From: Psilocybe cubensis
Lineage: Eukaryota
Assembly (NCBI GenBank): GCA_017499595.2
Contig: CM039007.1
Location: forward strand, 2,666,001-2,730,000
Length of the DNA stretch: 64,000 bases
Direction: 5' to 3'
Shown here one piece after another: positions 37,894 through 50,900 of the stretch (position 1 is its first letter; every line of letters starts with the position of its first letter). A program made the position numbers and the translations under genes. The notes beneath the pieces were generated by a model. That model had not been told where the DNA came from. It did not search any database and saw nothing but the letters and a program-made list of their open reading frames with translations.

Positions 37894-39354
37894 GGTCTGC
37901 CACCTACAGGCAAAAGACACCTAGAGAGCAGTATCTTGTACGAAAACCGCCCCGCTTCGAATATGTCCTTCGGCATTCAGCAGATGCTAACGTGAAGAGA
38001 TAACACTATCATCTGACCCCTTGCGTGAGATAGCGCGATACTAGGAGAGTTGTGGAGTGATAAAAATACCAATATTTTCTCGCATAGCCGCGTGCCCAGC
38101 ATCTCGTCTCTCAAACTAATTTTTCGGAGATAGACTTGTAGTCCAATATCATAGCAGCATTATACCTGCAAATCGTTGTGACAAGTGACCTGTTGGCCCG
38201 TGCCGTCGACTGCCAAAAAATTGAAGTTTGAAAGTACGCATGCTTTGACCGGATAACAGGGAATCATTCTTGTAATAGAACGCATTTAGATCGCGTTCGA
38301 AGCCAAAGGAGGACATTTTAGCCATATGGCTATGGCTGCGGTGTTTTGATACGCTGATAAGACTTCGTAGGCTGTTTCTTTCCGTGATACGAGTAAGATG
38401 TTGAAAAAATAAATATTGTGGAGGTAACGGCTCGAAGTGCATGGTCTATATTGTAAGACACGAGACTGCGGTAAGCGGCAACCTAATTCAAGGATACATT
38501 GTGACCAACCAAACCGTAGGGGTAGAAGCTTGCTTACCTTGACCTGTCTAAGTTATGCTAATCTTTCACGTTTTCTTGTCCGCCAGATGATACTGTGCGG
38601 AACTTCTCTATACCCACACTTAGCCTGAAGCCTCAACCTCAGAGCCCTCAGATCTGAAGGAGAAGATTATAATGGAGCTGGGAGGTATAGATCGATGTCC
38701 ATATTTCTTGTAGATTAAGAAGCTGGCCAACAAGGGCCTCGAGGAGGGATTGCAAAGGGTCGAAACGATTGTTTGGATTCAAAAAAATCCAATTATTTCC
38801 GTCACGTGGTGCAGCACGACATCGGACGCGTGGATTTGTACGCGAAAAGTTGGGAGGCAATTTATCATGTTATTTCCCCAGTACTTTATTTCTCCAGTGT
38901 TTTCACATTTTCAGGCCCAACTACAGTGTTTGTGCTTTGCATGGAAAGACTGGAGGCAATTTATTATGTTATTTCCCGAGTGTTACCATATTTTCAGGAC
39001 CTTCAGACCCGATTACAGTGTATTTCAGTGTCTCCATGCCCTTCTTTTTGGCTGCTGGGGTGATTGGTTCAACACTTATACGATTGCTCACCGATTATGA
39101 CATGGCGCAAGCATTCCATCCACCGAAAGTCGAGATTTAGCATTGATATGAAGAGTGTGCTAAGTTTTGAGAAAGGGAGAATGTCGAATAGAATAGGGAT
39201 TTTAATTAACAGACTCGATCATAAATGGAATACTGGCCTGTTAATATGCAGTGGTCGCAGTCTGCAGTGAGCTGCAGGAAAGACTCTACTGTTTGCAATC
39301 GCCAACGAAATTAGTACTCTAAACCTCAATAAAACCATGTTCTTTGTCCAGGAA

Positions 39355-40921
39355 CTATAACTCTAGTACAGTAACTCTACCAAAACTCGAAGCTACTGCA
39401 ACCCTCCCACCAACTTCATCATAATCAAACGATGTCCATCCAGCATTCACTTCATTCTCAAATATCTTTTTCCCAATAACAGTCCCTCCATAATCATCCT
39501 TGATGCTCAAAGACCCAGGAAACGCCGTGATGATAAGACTTTCGTGTGCCACAGTTGACGGCACCAGATGCGTAGGGATATCAGCAAGAAGCCCACTGGC
39601 AAACCGATCGCGTGGTTGGATCCATGCCGCTGTTCCCAGACGACCCAGGACGATCCGTCTACATGTCAGCGACCCACGCAAGCATGCAACCTTATCCCTG
39701 AGCCTCGGAGGAAATAGGTATGGAGAGCCGTTGGAGGCAGTGTAGTCGGGGTTTGGCTCCAAGGTGTACAACTCTAGATTATAGATATCTGACGCCCAAG
39801 GATCATCGCTTTCTCCTCTAACAAAGATTGTGAGCGGGGTGTGCATTTTTGATGTCGTTGATCTTGAGGACGAGAGGAATGGACAAATATTAACAGATTG
39901 TCCGTCAACCCACCCGAAGGAGTGCTCTGCGAGTGGTTCGCAGGATATCTCTACGTGAGATCCAAGTTCGGGGAAAGGGAAAAGGTGTACAGTTTGTGCG
40001 CGAACTACCAGCACGCTCTGATACGCGAAGACAACTTGAATACATTCATTTACCTGCATATTAAATTACCACGCGACTGAATCGTAGACTTAGGAGACGG
40101 TCATACCTGAAGTGGAAGCAGTGCCAAATGCTGAAGCAGCCCGTATGTCTTCGTTTTCAAATTCCATATCACAGTTTGCGATACTTCATCGCTGAGCGCC
40201 AAAATATCACCCTCCAAGGTGATCGGCTTCATTTCAGCCTGTATTTCCTGCAACACCAGTAGTTCGTACAGCGATCCATCGTGTTTCAGAGAAAGAACTA
40301 CCACAGTCCGCTTCCTGTAAAAAAATTAGTTTGGGCGCCCCTTTGTGCGAGTACTCACTCGTTCAAATGCATTGCAACAGCGACCGTTGCCTCAGATCTA
40401 GGATCACCGTTCACTGCAACCCCCGAAAGAATTGCGCCTCTTGGACTCCACTCACACACCCTCTTCGACACCGCCGAGCCATAATCCCAAACCGACAGCG
40501 TCGACCAAACCGTCTTCGAGATGATTAGCAACAGCTTTCCAGGCAAGAATCGGACCTCTGGAGTAGTTCCAAGTCGTCCGGAGATGTACTTTATGCGACG
40601 AGGCTTGGAAATCCCGTCGTGCCATCGTCTGGCAAGCTGGTGCGAGTGGATGGTATGGAGCATGAGCTCCATCGTTGGAATTTCATCGAGTGGGATGGTG
40701 GGAAATGGATAGCCGTGAGCTATGATATGGTAGGAGCATGCATTTGTCCACACGATGCGTAGGTGTATTAGCTTGTTCATAGCTCTGCATGTCTATAGAT
40801 TGTTCAGAAGACATCAGGGACATGTAAACCGACGTACTTCAGATAGCCTAAGGATGTCGACGGGGTTCAAGAACGACGCGATGTGAACCAACACATCTTC
40901 GTCCAAGCTAACCAGGTTCAT
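39355..40921 (-). CDS. F-box domain protein (multi-exon)
   Basis: N-terminal MNLVSLDEDVLVHIASFLNPVDILRLSE/TCRAM...LRIVW F-box pattern; C-terminus DYDEVGGRVAVASSFGRVTVLEL. Confidence 0.75.
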
Positions 40922-41051
40922 TGTCCACTAATGATCACGCCCTTGCTGCTCTCTCTTGCATGGTTGAGTTTGTGATACAGTCAAGCGCTTTTACAAAACC
41001 AAAGAGGTGATATGGGAGAAGACAAGACTGCTTTGAACCCCTGTTGACGTA

Positions 41052-41397
41052 CACGCCGGACAAAAATGCTGACCAGTTAGCCTGGGTGTTGTCCTGACCA
41101 GTGACGTGACTAGTACCGTGACTGATTACATAGTGTCACAAATATGTTGTCACGCTTGTTCATTATTAGTAGGCTAGACAGTAACTAGCAAATTACTTGA
41201 TTGTCTTGCGTTGGAACTCAGTGCGTAGTAAGAAGAAATACTAAACAATCAAGTAATATGTTATTTACTGTTGAGCCTACTAATAATGAATTAGCGTGAC
41301 AACATATGTGTGACACTATGTAGTTGGTCACGATACTAGTCACGTCACTGGTCAGGACAACACCCAGGCTAACTGGTCAGCATTTTTGTCCGGCGTG
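41052..41397. mobile_element. MITE (346 bp) with long TIRs and CAC...GTG ends
   Basis: CACGCCGGACAAAAATGCTGACC...GGTCAGCATTTTTGTCCGGCGTG, about 150 bp arms, outer ~60 bp perfect; GTA on both flanks (3 bp TSD). Confidence 0.9.
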
Positions 41398-41785
41398 GTA
41401 ACACACGATCAAAACACTTGTGGATCACGTGTGCTTAAGCATTTTGGGTCCCCACCAGTACAAAGGGGAGCAAGCTCCCCAATGAAAATATACACATACA
41501 AGTGGTTGACAAGTGGACTTTGAACCTCTTGCAAGCGAGTCATTTCGGCTATGTTTCTATTTTGAGCTGATTATGGAGATCAAAAGGTAAGCCAGGGTAA
41601 ATAAATCTAACCTAAGTCCAATACACCCTTGATTTCTATTCAAATCCCGTTTCTTTCCTTTGTTCCCTCAATAATAATAAAGCCTCTGGTTTCAGAAGCC
41701 CGCCAAAATCCTCCCTTCCTCACGGAAATATTGACCATGCTGACTTGACAATTTCATGTGGCATCAAACATGTTACATGGATGGT

Positions 41786-41879
41786 ACACCTATGGTGAAG
41801 CGGTTATCATGCTTGCCTTCCAGGTGTCGCTTCGACGCTGAGATAGCAAGCGGCAGGGGTTCGACTCCCCTTGGGTGTA
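41786..41879 (+). tRNA. tRNA-Gly(TCC) with a 22 nt intron (41823-41844)
   Basis: Acceptor stem ACACCTA/TGGGTGT, D arm, anticodon stem CTTGC/GCAAG with TCC at 41819-41821, T arm AGGGG-TTCGACT-CCCCT. Confidence 0.88.
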
Positions 41880-44800
41880 TGTCTTTAATCTTTTCGTACA
41901 TCACTTGAATCTGTGTGTTATATGTTCGAACTTGCAGGTAGTTTTGTGTCTTTTGGGGCAAGCATCAATTGGCAGAAATCCAGACTCAGACTAGTATAGA
42001 TTGCTTTAGGGCCGAAATACCACCCATAACGGTCACAGTTTTTCCCGTTTACGCAATATTACACACACTATTGCGAGGTCAATGCGTAGAGCCAAAGGGA
42101 TTGCTTTGACCATTAGTGAGCCACTACAGTCTCGGAAAAAACGACCATTATCATGATTGATGGCAAATTTCAATATATTGGACAGCACGCATTGTAGGTA
42201 ACAAACGAGGCTCCAATCCTCTCCACTTACATTGCACAGAAACGCTTTGATGGTGGGAAGATATATAACTTGAGTCATTTGGTTGTAAAATTTAGAGACA
42301 TAGACTCGGACATGGATTCCTCTTGGAGACAGGGTATGCTGCAATACTAACATGACCAAAATCCAAACAATGTTCGTCGCCCCAGTTAGTAAGTGTATTT
42401 TGTCTGTGGTGTAGCTTCTTCAATAATCTGACTAATATTGACAGTACTATTGTGCCACAAAGCATCGCTTACACGCACCACACAGCTGATCCTGGGGGAC
42501 GCCAGCTTCCGGCCCATATCATCCGTCGTTCTGTCTGCTATAACTTTGATGTGTACTGGTTAGCAAATGAAATTCCAAACCGGGAGCCAAATATACAATT
42601 GATTAGAGGTTTCAACTCCCTCCCTGTTGGGCAAGCAACTCACTTCAACGCTGCGCTTGCATATTCCAATGCACATGATCCGAGGCTTCCTATCCCAAAC
42701 ACCGAGAGGACGTTTAGCGTTCAGCCAAATGTGAGAGTTGCAGTACCGATGTACTTCGCCTCTGCAGACATTCAGGCTCCGGTGAGAAACGCAGAACCAA
42801 TGACCCGCGCCTCTGAAGGCAACCTTCGGACTTCTCCCGGACCCGGGGAGCCCCACTATCGAGTTGCAAACTCCAGCAATATGGTTGAAAGGAGAGCCCA
42901 AGTTTCCCGCATGAAAGATGGTTATTCATGGCATCCTTATGATCCCCAAGCTGCCAAGTTTAAATCTAACCCCAAGGCATCCATGATCAGCTCGTCTGTC
43001 GAACCGTCGCATGATACTGTCACCGTCAAGACTGAAGTTCCATCCTTTGAGGAAACTGCTCTGGCCTGCAAAGCTCCAAGGTCTGAGAAATTCTCTCAGC
43101 TTATCAGCTTTTTTTCACCCCAGGGAGCTCTGAAACTCTTCCCCGTAATTGATTGTCAGTTCCAAAACTGCTCCGCAAGACTAACCGGACTGGACGCCTT
43201 TGCCAAACATATCTTCGGCCCAACCTCCGAGGGCGGGCATGGCCTCCTGTCGGAAATTTCAGAACCGCCTTTTAAGGTCCGCAAGGCCGGAAAGATGCCG
43301 GCGGCCTTATGATGCCTTCGTATTTGAAAGGTTGTCTTACTAAGGACAGTCTGTGTTATAAGATAGAAGCATTATAATACATTTTAAGGGTTTTTGTGCA
43401 TTTGAAGGTACATAAGGATGATAAGTTAACCAAGTCTTACAAGGCAAGAAATGACATTAGATAGCGATGCAAAGATAACGATAAAGTAGACGGCCTAAGG
43501 GAGACTTACCTTATGTTCAATGCTCTTACAATTTAGACACTAGCCTTTACTATCTTACCATGACAGACTTACCTTACCAGACGAAAGACGCACTCACCGG
43601 GGATTGAACACTCACCGCACCTTACAAGACAGAAGCCATAACCACTATACCATGAGGGAATTTCTAATTCGTAAAGTGATCTGATCATACCACATTGGTA
43701 TTATCTTATCTCTGAGATAATCCGCGAACTGATGGGAAGAAGATTTGCCACCGTTTTCGCAATCGAAACGTGAACTGAGGACCTTGCAGTGTAAATGAGT
43801 GCATCGGATGCAGAGGAAAAAGAATGTGAATATAAAGGAATGTTAATATACACAGGTTGTATCCGTTGTAAGTGTCTACATAATGAATGGAGTGGTAAAT
43901 ACATCTATCAATCAAACTTCACTCGGTAGGCGAAAACAGATGCATAGACCAACAAAAAGGGAACAATGAAGCAACCCATGGTTGGATAGCGAAAGAAGAG
44001 TAAGTTTTTTTTTAATGCATAACAACGGTACAAATGTGAATGAGACATCAAAAGACAAATAAACCACTATACCAAGAATCACTTTGGTGCATTGCTTCGA
44101 GAGCTAGCACGAGTACTGCGGGCCCTTGTTGGAACAATAGTTGCATCTTGTTGAAGAGGTGTGACGGCTTTCTTCTTCCTCGAACGGACAGGCTTCTGTG
44201 GAATAGAAACATGTGCCACTTGTTGTGGCGTGTTTGCGGTAACTGGTGCAGTGTTTGACGATGGATTTGAAGGACCAGAGTGGTCCTGGAATGAGGTGGA
44301 GATACTCGGCAATTCTACAGCAGCAGGGAGAGTGGAGTAAGATGGTAATGTACCCGGATTGTTTGTGATTGGTGCATGGGCGCCATCTGAATCCGAATTG
44401 TCCGAATTGTCAAGTTCGGCTTCTGGATGAATAATATGCCCGATGTGGGACACTTGTGAGACCTGAGATGCAGGGGGACCAAAGTATTCGATGTCCGAGT
44501 CAGTTTTATCACCCAAATTGTCGTCCTGTGTTTGAACGGGTGCCTCCAAGTCAATTGTAGACTGGCGATTGAAGTTATTGATCACATGCTGCAATGGATC
44601 ATCGGGGGCTGGCACTAATCCTGTTGATATGATTACAGTTGGCTGTGGGGCAAGCAGAGTTGACGGTGCTGTTTGCGAATGGGGAAATAATGATGTGTCC
44701 CAGAATGAAAAAAGCGATGTAAGGGATTTGTACTGTGTGATGAGATAGCGCTTGTACATATCAAAGTGGTCCAGATATCGTCTTCCAGTCCGAGATCCTA

Positions 44801-45312
44801 CTCCGCTGCTTGTAAACTCAATATCGTCCAATAACATGTAAATTGCCTGAAAAAGATTTGACAATATATTCAGTAGGGCGTCAATCAAATGTAAAATTGT
44901 CAATTTGTTACTTACACATGTAGCGCACCATGCAATTAAGCCTGGAGTTGTGCGATTTTGGCGATTATCCATATGCGCATAGGGACTGTCATCACGAGAG
45001 CGGCGTACTTCATCACTTTTCAATGCAGATGGTCCCACAATAATGGTTCGGCCAATCTTGTATGAGTAGTAAGTACAAATAGTTTGTTTAAAAGTTGTAA
45101 TATAAAGCATACCCGAATGAGCTCATCGGCTTTAAACAGTCCAAGCGCATTTTGAATGTCTGCATGTGCGTAAAGAAGAGGCGGGAATGCTTCGAGATGA
45201 GGATTTGAATAGGATAGCTTCCATTCATTGGTTGTGGGGTCCTTGATACGAGATACGGCGAGCAATCGTTGTACCTCTGTGTGTTCGCTGAGGTGTTTAA
45301 CGGGGAGATTAG

Positions 45313-45589
45313 TGTCAGGGTACGTATTAGTGCCACCCCTATCCGTTATCGTTATCTGTTACGGTCCCACGCTGTCATGCCTTGTTCTATCTTTGTGTTC
45401 GGTCCCACGTCTATCGTTCTCCTGTTTCATCTATTGATAGTTGTCATATGTCGAGTACTCTGGTCCGGGAAGTAGTTACTCCGGTCTCCATGTATATATA
45501 GGGTCCTGGGGTCAGTAGTCAGACCCCAGCTTCGATATCAACTTGGTCTTTGGGCATTCTTCTCTCTTGACTTAAGTCAATTCCTAACA
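45313..45589 (+). repeat. 5' LTR (277 bp)
   Basis: TGTCAGGG...TCCTAACA; TATATATA at 45493-45500. Confidence 0.95.
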
Positions 45590-45591
45590 GC

Positions 45592-45602
45592 ATATCGAAG
45601 CT
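45592..45602 (+). promoter_or_regulatory. Self-priming primer-binding site (Tf1-type)
   Basis: ATATCGAAGCT, 2 nt after the 5' LTR, is the exact reverse complement of AGCTTCGATAT (45528-45538), which lies ~28 nt downstream of the LTR TATA box. Confidence 0.8.
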
Positions 45603-45680
45603 ACCCAACGTTGCCCTGGTACTCTATCCACTGCAGCGCTCGTCTACTCTACTCTACCTTGCCCCCACCTACTATACTCT

Positions 45681-46577
45681 ATGGCCGACCCTCCTTCGCC
45701 TTACGATGGGTTCATGACGATGTCCCTCGAGGACCGTTTCGCCCTCCTCTTTAGGGCGCAGCAAGTCCGGTTCGACGCCGATAAAAAGGTTGATGACCGA
45801 CTGTCTGCCATCGAGTCTAAACTCGAACGCCTCACGGCCTCCCTACCCAAACCGCCTGCCGCTCCCACTCCCTCTGCTCGCGCACCTCGCGCTCGACGCA
45901 CCTCTAGGAAGGAACGCCCGGCTGCACCTACCTCTACCCCTACTACAGGGCCCCTGCACTCCCAATCCATCCGCTCTACTACTACCAGAGCCGCCCTCGA
46001 GAAGATCGTCGCTACCCTGTCTATCGCGGATGAACAGGCTGGCCACGTCATAGGGCGCGCGGGAACTGGCTTACGCCAAATCCATGACATCTCGCACGCA
46101 AAGATCTCGGTCTCCCCCGTCGTCACCTCCGGTTTGCGTGCCGTCACTATCAGGGGCACCGCTCGTGAAGTCGGTGATGCTCTTTCTGCTATCGGCAAGC
46201 GGATTGCCCGTCGTCGCATCCGCAACCCTAGGTCCAAGAAGCCTAAACAGCCTCCTGCGCCCACTGCCGCCCCTCCTACCCTCGTCGTTGAACCTCCTTC
46301 TCCTACTCCAACCTCGAGCTCTACCCCAACTACGCGGACATCCCGTTCCGGGACGGCTTCTCCGCATTCGCCCACTCCTACGGCTGTTGACACTCGCTCC
46401 AGCCCATCCTCGTCGCTCGCCCCTGGTTCGCCTATGGAGGTGGACGCTCTCAGGGCTCCGCAGCAACACTCTGACGGTTACTCTCGCCCCGGGCCTGTTC
46501 AGCCTAGGGAGGGAATTCAGACCGCGCGTCGTGGCGGTGGACCGCCTCGTGTCTTTGGTGCAAACCGTCCACGGTGA
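45681..46577 (+). CDS. 298 aa protein: short coiled coil, type I KH domain, Pro/Ser/Thr-rich disordered flanks
   Basis: LSIADEQAGHVIGRAGTGLRQIHDISHAKISV...RAVTIRGTAREVGDALSAI carries the KH signature (IGxxG loop, VTIxG). Intronless. Confidence 0.85.
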   Translation: MADPPSPYDGFMTMSLEDRFALLFRAQQVRFDADKKVDDRLSAIESKLERLTASLPKPPAAPTPSARAPRARRTSRKERPAAPTSTPTTGPLHSQSIRSTTTRAALEKIVATLSIADEQAGHVIGRAGTGLRQIHDISHAKISVSPVVTSGLRAVTIRGTAREVGDALSAIGKRIARRRIRNPRSKKPKQPPAPTAAPPTLVVEPPSPTPTSSSTPTTRTSRSGTASPHSPTPTAVDTRSSPSSSLAPGSPMEVDALRAPQQHSDGYSRPGPVQPREGIQTARRGGGPPRVFGANRPR

Positions 46578-46618
46578 AGACCAGGTCGTTGGGACACCGA
46601 CCTTTAGAGGGGAGGTGA

Positions 46619-46895
46619 TGTCAGGGTACGTATTAGTGCCACCCCTATCCGTTATCGTTATCTGTTACGGTCCCACGCTGTCATGCCTTGTTCTATCTTT
46701 GTGTTCGGTCCCACGTCTATCGTTCTCCTGTTTCATCTATTGATAGTTGTCATATGTCGAGTACTCTGGTCCGGGAAGTAGTTACTCCGGTCTCCATGTA
46801 TATATAGGGTCCTGGGGTCAGTAGTCAGACCCCAGCTTCGATATCAACTTGGTCTTTGGGCATTCTTCTCTCTTGACTTAAGTCAATTCCTAACA
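46619..46895 (+). repeat. 3' LTR (277 bp)
   Basis: Appears identical to 45313-45589 by eye. Confidence 0.95.
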
Positions 46896-47988
46896 ATTAG
46901 ATGGACGAGATGATGAGCACAAGAGAAAAACAGTCGCTGGAATGGTTGGGAAAATAGTTGGAGCAACCCCGCGTAGCTTGTTCAATACGGAGGAGCGAAG
47001 ATCCGAGATGCCTTTTAAGAACTAAAATCAATGTATACTAAGATTTAAACCTTGAAAACATTGAAAAATAACGTACCGCTGAGACTGCCAAATCCATATT
47101 ATCTCCACTGATAATGGAATGGTACTTTGCAGGTATGCATTCGTATAATTCAGCAATGTTGGCCAGCCGTGAATTTTCAGCGGTTAAATAACGCCTTTTT
47201 GCATCAAATGGGTCAATCGATGGCCTTGGAGACCCGAAGAAGTCCTTGGGGACTATAATGCGGTAGAAAGTGGCGTGATACTTTCCAAGTCGATGGAGAT
47301 CTTTGGTAAGAGCCAGCTCTGCAGAAACATTGACAGTACTCGCAGAGACCTTTTTCCGCTTAATAAGAGAAAGCTTTGCATTGCTTAGCTCCTCTTGAAG
47401 GCTTTTGACTTTGAGTTCTAGAAGCTGGATCGTCTCGCGCTGGCTATTGACCTGCTAAACATTGTCAAACAAGTGTTAGTGCTCAAATTTGTATACAACA
47501 CAATATAATGGATGGTTAACTTACAGATTGAAGCTCGTCGTAGGTTGCACGACGAAATTGTACACCAGAGATAGACTCTTCTCCAGCAACAGAACTTGGA
47601 ACAATAGATGATGATGCAGATACAGTAGACATAGTAGAAGCTTGTTGATATTTTTCCTCGGGGTGTGAAAGAAGAAAATGCCTATAGAAACATACTGTCT
47701 GCTCTACATTTGTAGAATTTTGGATAGACAGAGATACACGAACATTTCGTCAACCTGCAATGAGGCCACACACTAGCTATCACGTGTGAGAATTATATTA
47801 AGCGCTCAACGTGGACTTCAAGTATTTTGGGTAGTATGACCATCTGACCTCACCAAATGAATAAATTTCTTTACAATTCCAGGATGCGATAAGAGATAGG
47901 GTAGATATGAGTTCATTTGAGTTCAGATAAGCCTAGAAGTTTAATTTACAGCTTCTACAAAATGAGTAGCCACTAGAATTTTAATTTA

Positions 47989-50900
47989 TCAGACTTGTAC
48001 ATGTGTACTTAATGTTATCAACTTTAATCGCCACCACATGTCTGGATCAGCTGTGTCTATGATAATAAACTCATTTGCATCGTGCCCAAAGTCTGCAGCT
48101 AGCAAGCCTCCACGTACTATCCGTTGTAGATCAATAACAATTGAATTTGTTCGCCTCCGGGCACGGACGCGCAAAAAGCGAAGATCCTTGTCGCGTTTGC
48201 GTGCCAAAACTGTTCTTCGGTCAATTGGTTCGTCAAATGGAAGTACGAGTGCCAAATGATGAGGTGTATCGTCAACATAGACCGAATACATGAAGAGGAG
48301 CTGTGCAAAGCAATAATTGTTAGTATCTGATTTAATTAGAACATAGTCATTGCGAGGTTGGTGGTGGAAGCTTGCGCTAACGCGAACCATATCCCGCTCA
48401 AATGACCAGTTAATAATGGACTGGTAGTGAATTCTAGCGAGTTGGAATGGTGCAAGCTGTGGAAAAATCTATTAATGTCCGTTATAATTACTGTAGAATA
48501 TATAATACCATGTTGTCAGGCTTCAGCCGAATGGTTTGATTGATGATTTTTGCAAGACATTTTCCAGTTTTAATTCGGAAACGTCGGAATGCATGATCCT
48601 CCTTGTGTGATTCTTCAATACTTTCAAATGAAACTGGATCCATTATGGATCCGATTGACACATGGCTCTGTTCTGTATCATCTACAGACTGATCTAGAAG
48701 CTTGTTAGAATGGTTCTTGTACGGTAGATAATATTTGCCATATACAAACCTGAATTCACTGCTGAAGCTTCCTCGGAAATGTCTTGGAGTGAATTATTGT
48801 CCGTTTCACTCGCCTTATTCTCCTCGTTTTCATCGAATGCGTTAATATCCATGCGAATTATCATTGAAATGAGATCGTCTTCATTCATTTTAAGTATCTG
48901 GAGAAGCTGTATAAGTGAGCGGCACTTAAAACATATATTAACTAAAAATACAACACCTGTGGCGCCACATTCTTGAAGTTTGTGTGGAAGCGGTACCAGA
49001 GTTTCAAAAGCCCATGTGCTTTCTCATTTGGCTTTGTATTGGCATTGCGTGTAACACCCTTTGCCATAATGTCCCGGACCATGTGAATGTGCGAGTGATT
49101 TTTTGGAAAGTTCCAGTTCTTTTCTGGATGTAGCTCAGAATATTCCTGTATACAAAATTTAACAAATTTGCCGCCCTAAATCCAGGCTGAAAACACACCT
49201 TGAGAATTAAATTAAATATACCTAGCTCTCGCTCAATTCCAGCCAATGTAGTTGCACTTTGGACAGTTAAGGATGAATACATGTCTAGTTCAAGAAAAGA
49301 CCACATGAGACGCAGCAGACAGTATCCTCTGTCCGATTTTTCAAGGACATTATGTGATGCGAATACTATTAACTGTGCAGCCAAAAAAATTGATAATAGT
49401 AAGCTCAGTTTGTAGTATTGTCATAAAATTATACTAACCTTTGCCATATCTTCGTATTTGCTTCCATCTGCAAATTCACCTGTTTTGATAACAGATGAAA
49501 AGTGATTGAGGCCGCTCCATCGAGGTATGCAGTCAAATCTAAATGCATAGATATTAATTTGAAGAAATATGCAAAGAAATTGATTTTTAGACGTACTGGT
49601 TGTCAACCATTTCAGCATCTTTTCTTGTGGTAGTAGACTCTTCAATCACATTCTTAAATTCAACCCATAAATGATCAGAAAATAGTCCTCCATGGTAGGC
49701 ATGTAATCGATCCCAGGATAGAGCTTGGTATACATCTGATCCATTCATCATCCAAAATACATTCTGTGAATATTCAGAAAAATTAAGAAACCAGTTTTGG
49801 CATCCATATATATCAAGAAATTATCACGCACCTCAACATTTCGTAGACCATACCTCTTTAGATGCTCTTCACGGTCTTTAGCATTGAGTTTCTGGGCTTC
49901 AGAGTGAATTCTTTCCATTCCGGCTGCTGATCGGATAGGATAACAAGCAGTAAGGTTTGATAGAGCATCATTTGGCACCAAGCATATAGGACAGGGATAG
50001 TTGCTTGTTGCACCACGAGTTAATGCAATGACACATCTAATCCAAACATAGGCACCATATACAATTATTTTAGCGCCCAAGAGATTAAATGAAATATTCA
50101 CATACTGTTCCTCATAATCGGCAGAAATGATAAGAACAAAAAAGAATAACCAACGCAATATTGCATCAGCACATTTGATGTGGAAACCAGTTGTTGCATA
50201 CTGTTGGATTGACACTAAAATCTCGTAGAATCCTTTGTGCCATACAATACGCTTGAAGTTAATAAATAGTGTTTTTCCGCTCTCTCCTGAATCTTCCTCA
50301 ACCTATAATTTACATAAACCTGAGCTACATACAGCACAGATAATCAGATTTATTGAATTAACGTACAATCGGGAGCCAACCAACTAATCTACCACCTCCA
50401 AGCCCATCTCCATTTCGATCATTTGCAGGAATATTTGCACACCGAGCAATTACCGGATATCCTTTGGCCGTGCCAAATGTTGAAAGCCTTGTTTTGTCTG
50501 CATATAGAACAATACAGAAGGGGAGCGCTCCTAGAGGAAGTTGATCCTAAACTTCTATGAGTGTGTAAAAAGGGAATATAGAAGTAATTGTACCTGAATT
50601 TTCCACCACGTATCTGCTGTCCATGGTTCTCCAATTAGTCTTTCACTGTGTGTATTGGTTGTTTTATAATGTCTTTCTGCATTCCAGTGAAATTTTGAAA
50701 GAGAAATTGGGTTTAAAACAAGCTCGCTGCACCAATCAAGTAGAGGCCGGACAAATACTTCGTATTGAATTTCTTCCTTTTTGTACGGGACCACAAATTC
50801 CTTCCGAACAAACTGTTGTGTCTGCATAAGTACATGTTCTTTATTCTGACAAAATCACAGTACTTACTCCGCTTGAACGATAGCTTCTAGCAAATTCCCA

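Larger units (their letters stand above)
45313..46895 (+). mobile_element. Non-autonomous LTR retroelement (1583 bp) encoding a KH-domain protein
   Basis: LTRs at 45313-45589 and 46619-46895 (TG...CA), TSD ATTAG, PPT AGAGGGGAGGTGA before the 3' LTR. The empty site is visible in copy 1 at ~23341-23345. Confidence 0.95.
44079..47632 (-). pseudogene. Accessory gene of Plavaka copy 2, disrupted by the LTR mini-element
   Basis: Same sequence as 22112-24077, but the exon encoding ...RPSNLPVKH... is split at ATTAG. Confidence 0.65.

Noticed and set aside
45701..46743. Long overlapping ORFs (230 aa antisense, 219 aa alternative frame) in the KH element
   Set aside because: No recognisable motifs; explained by the GC-rich, low-complexity codons of the KH ORF.
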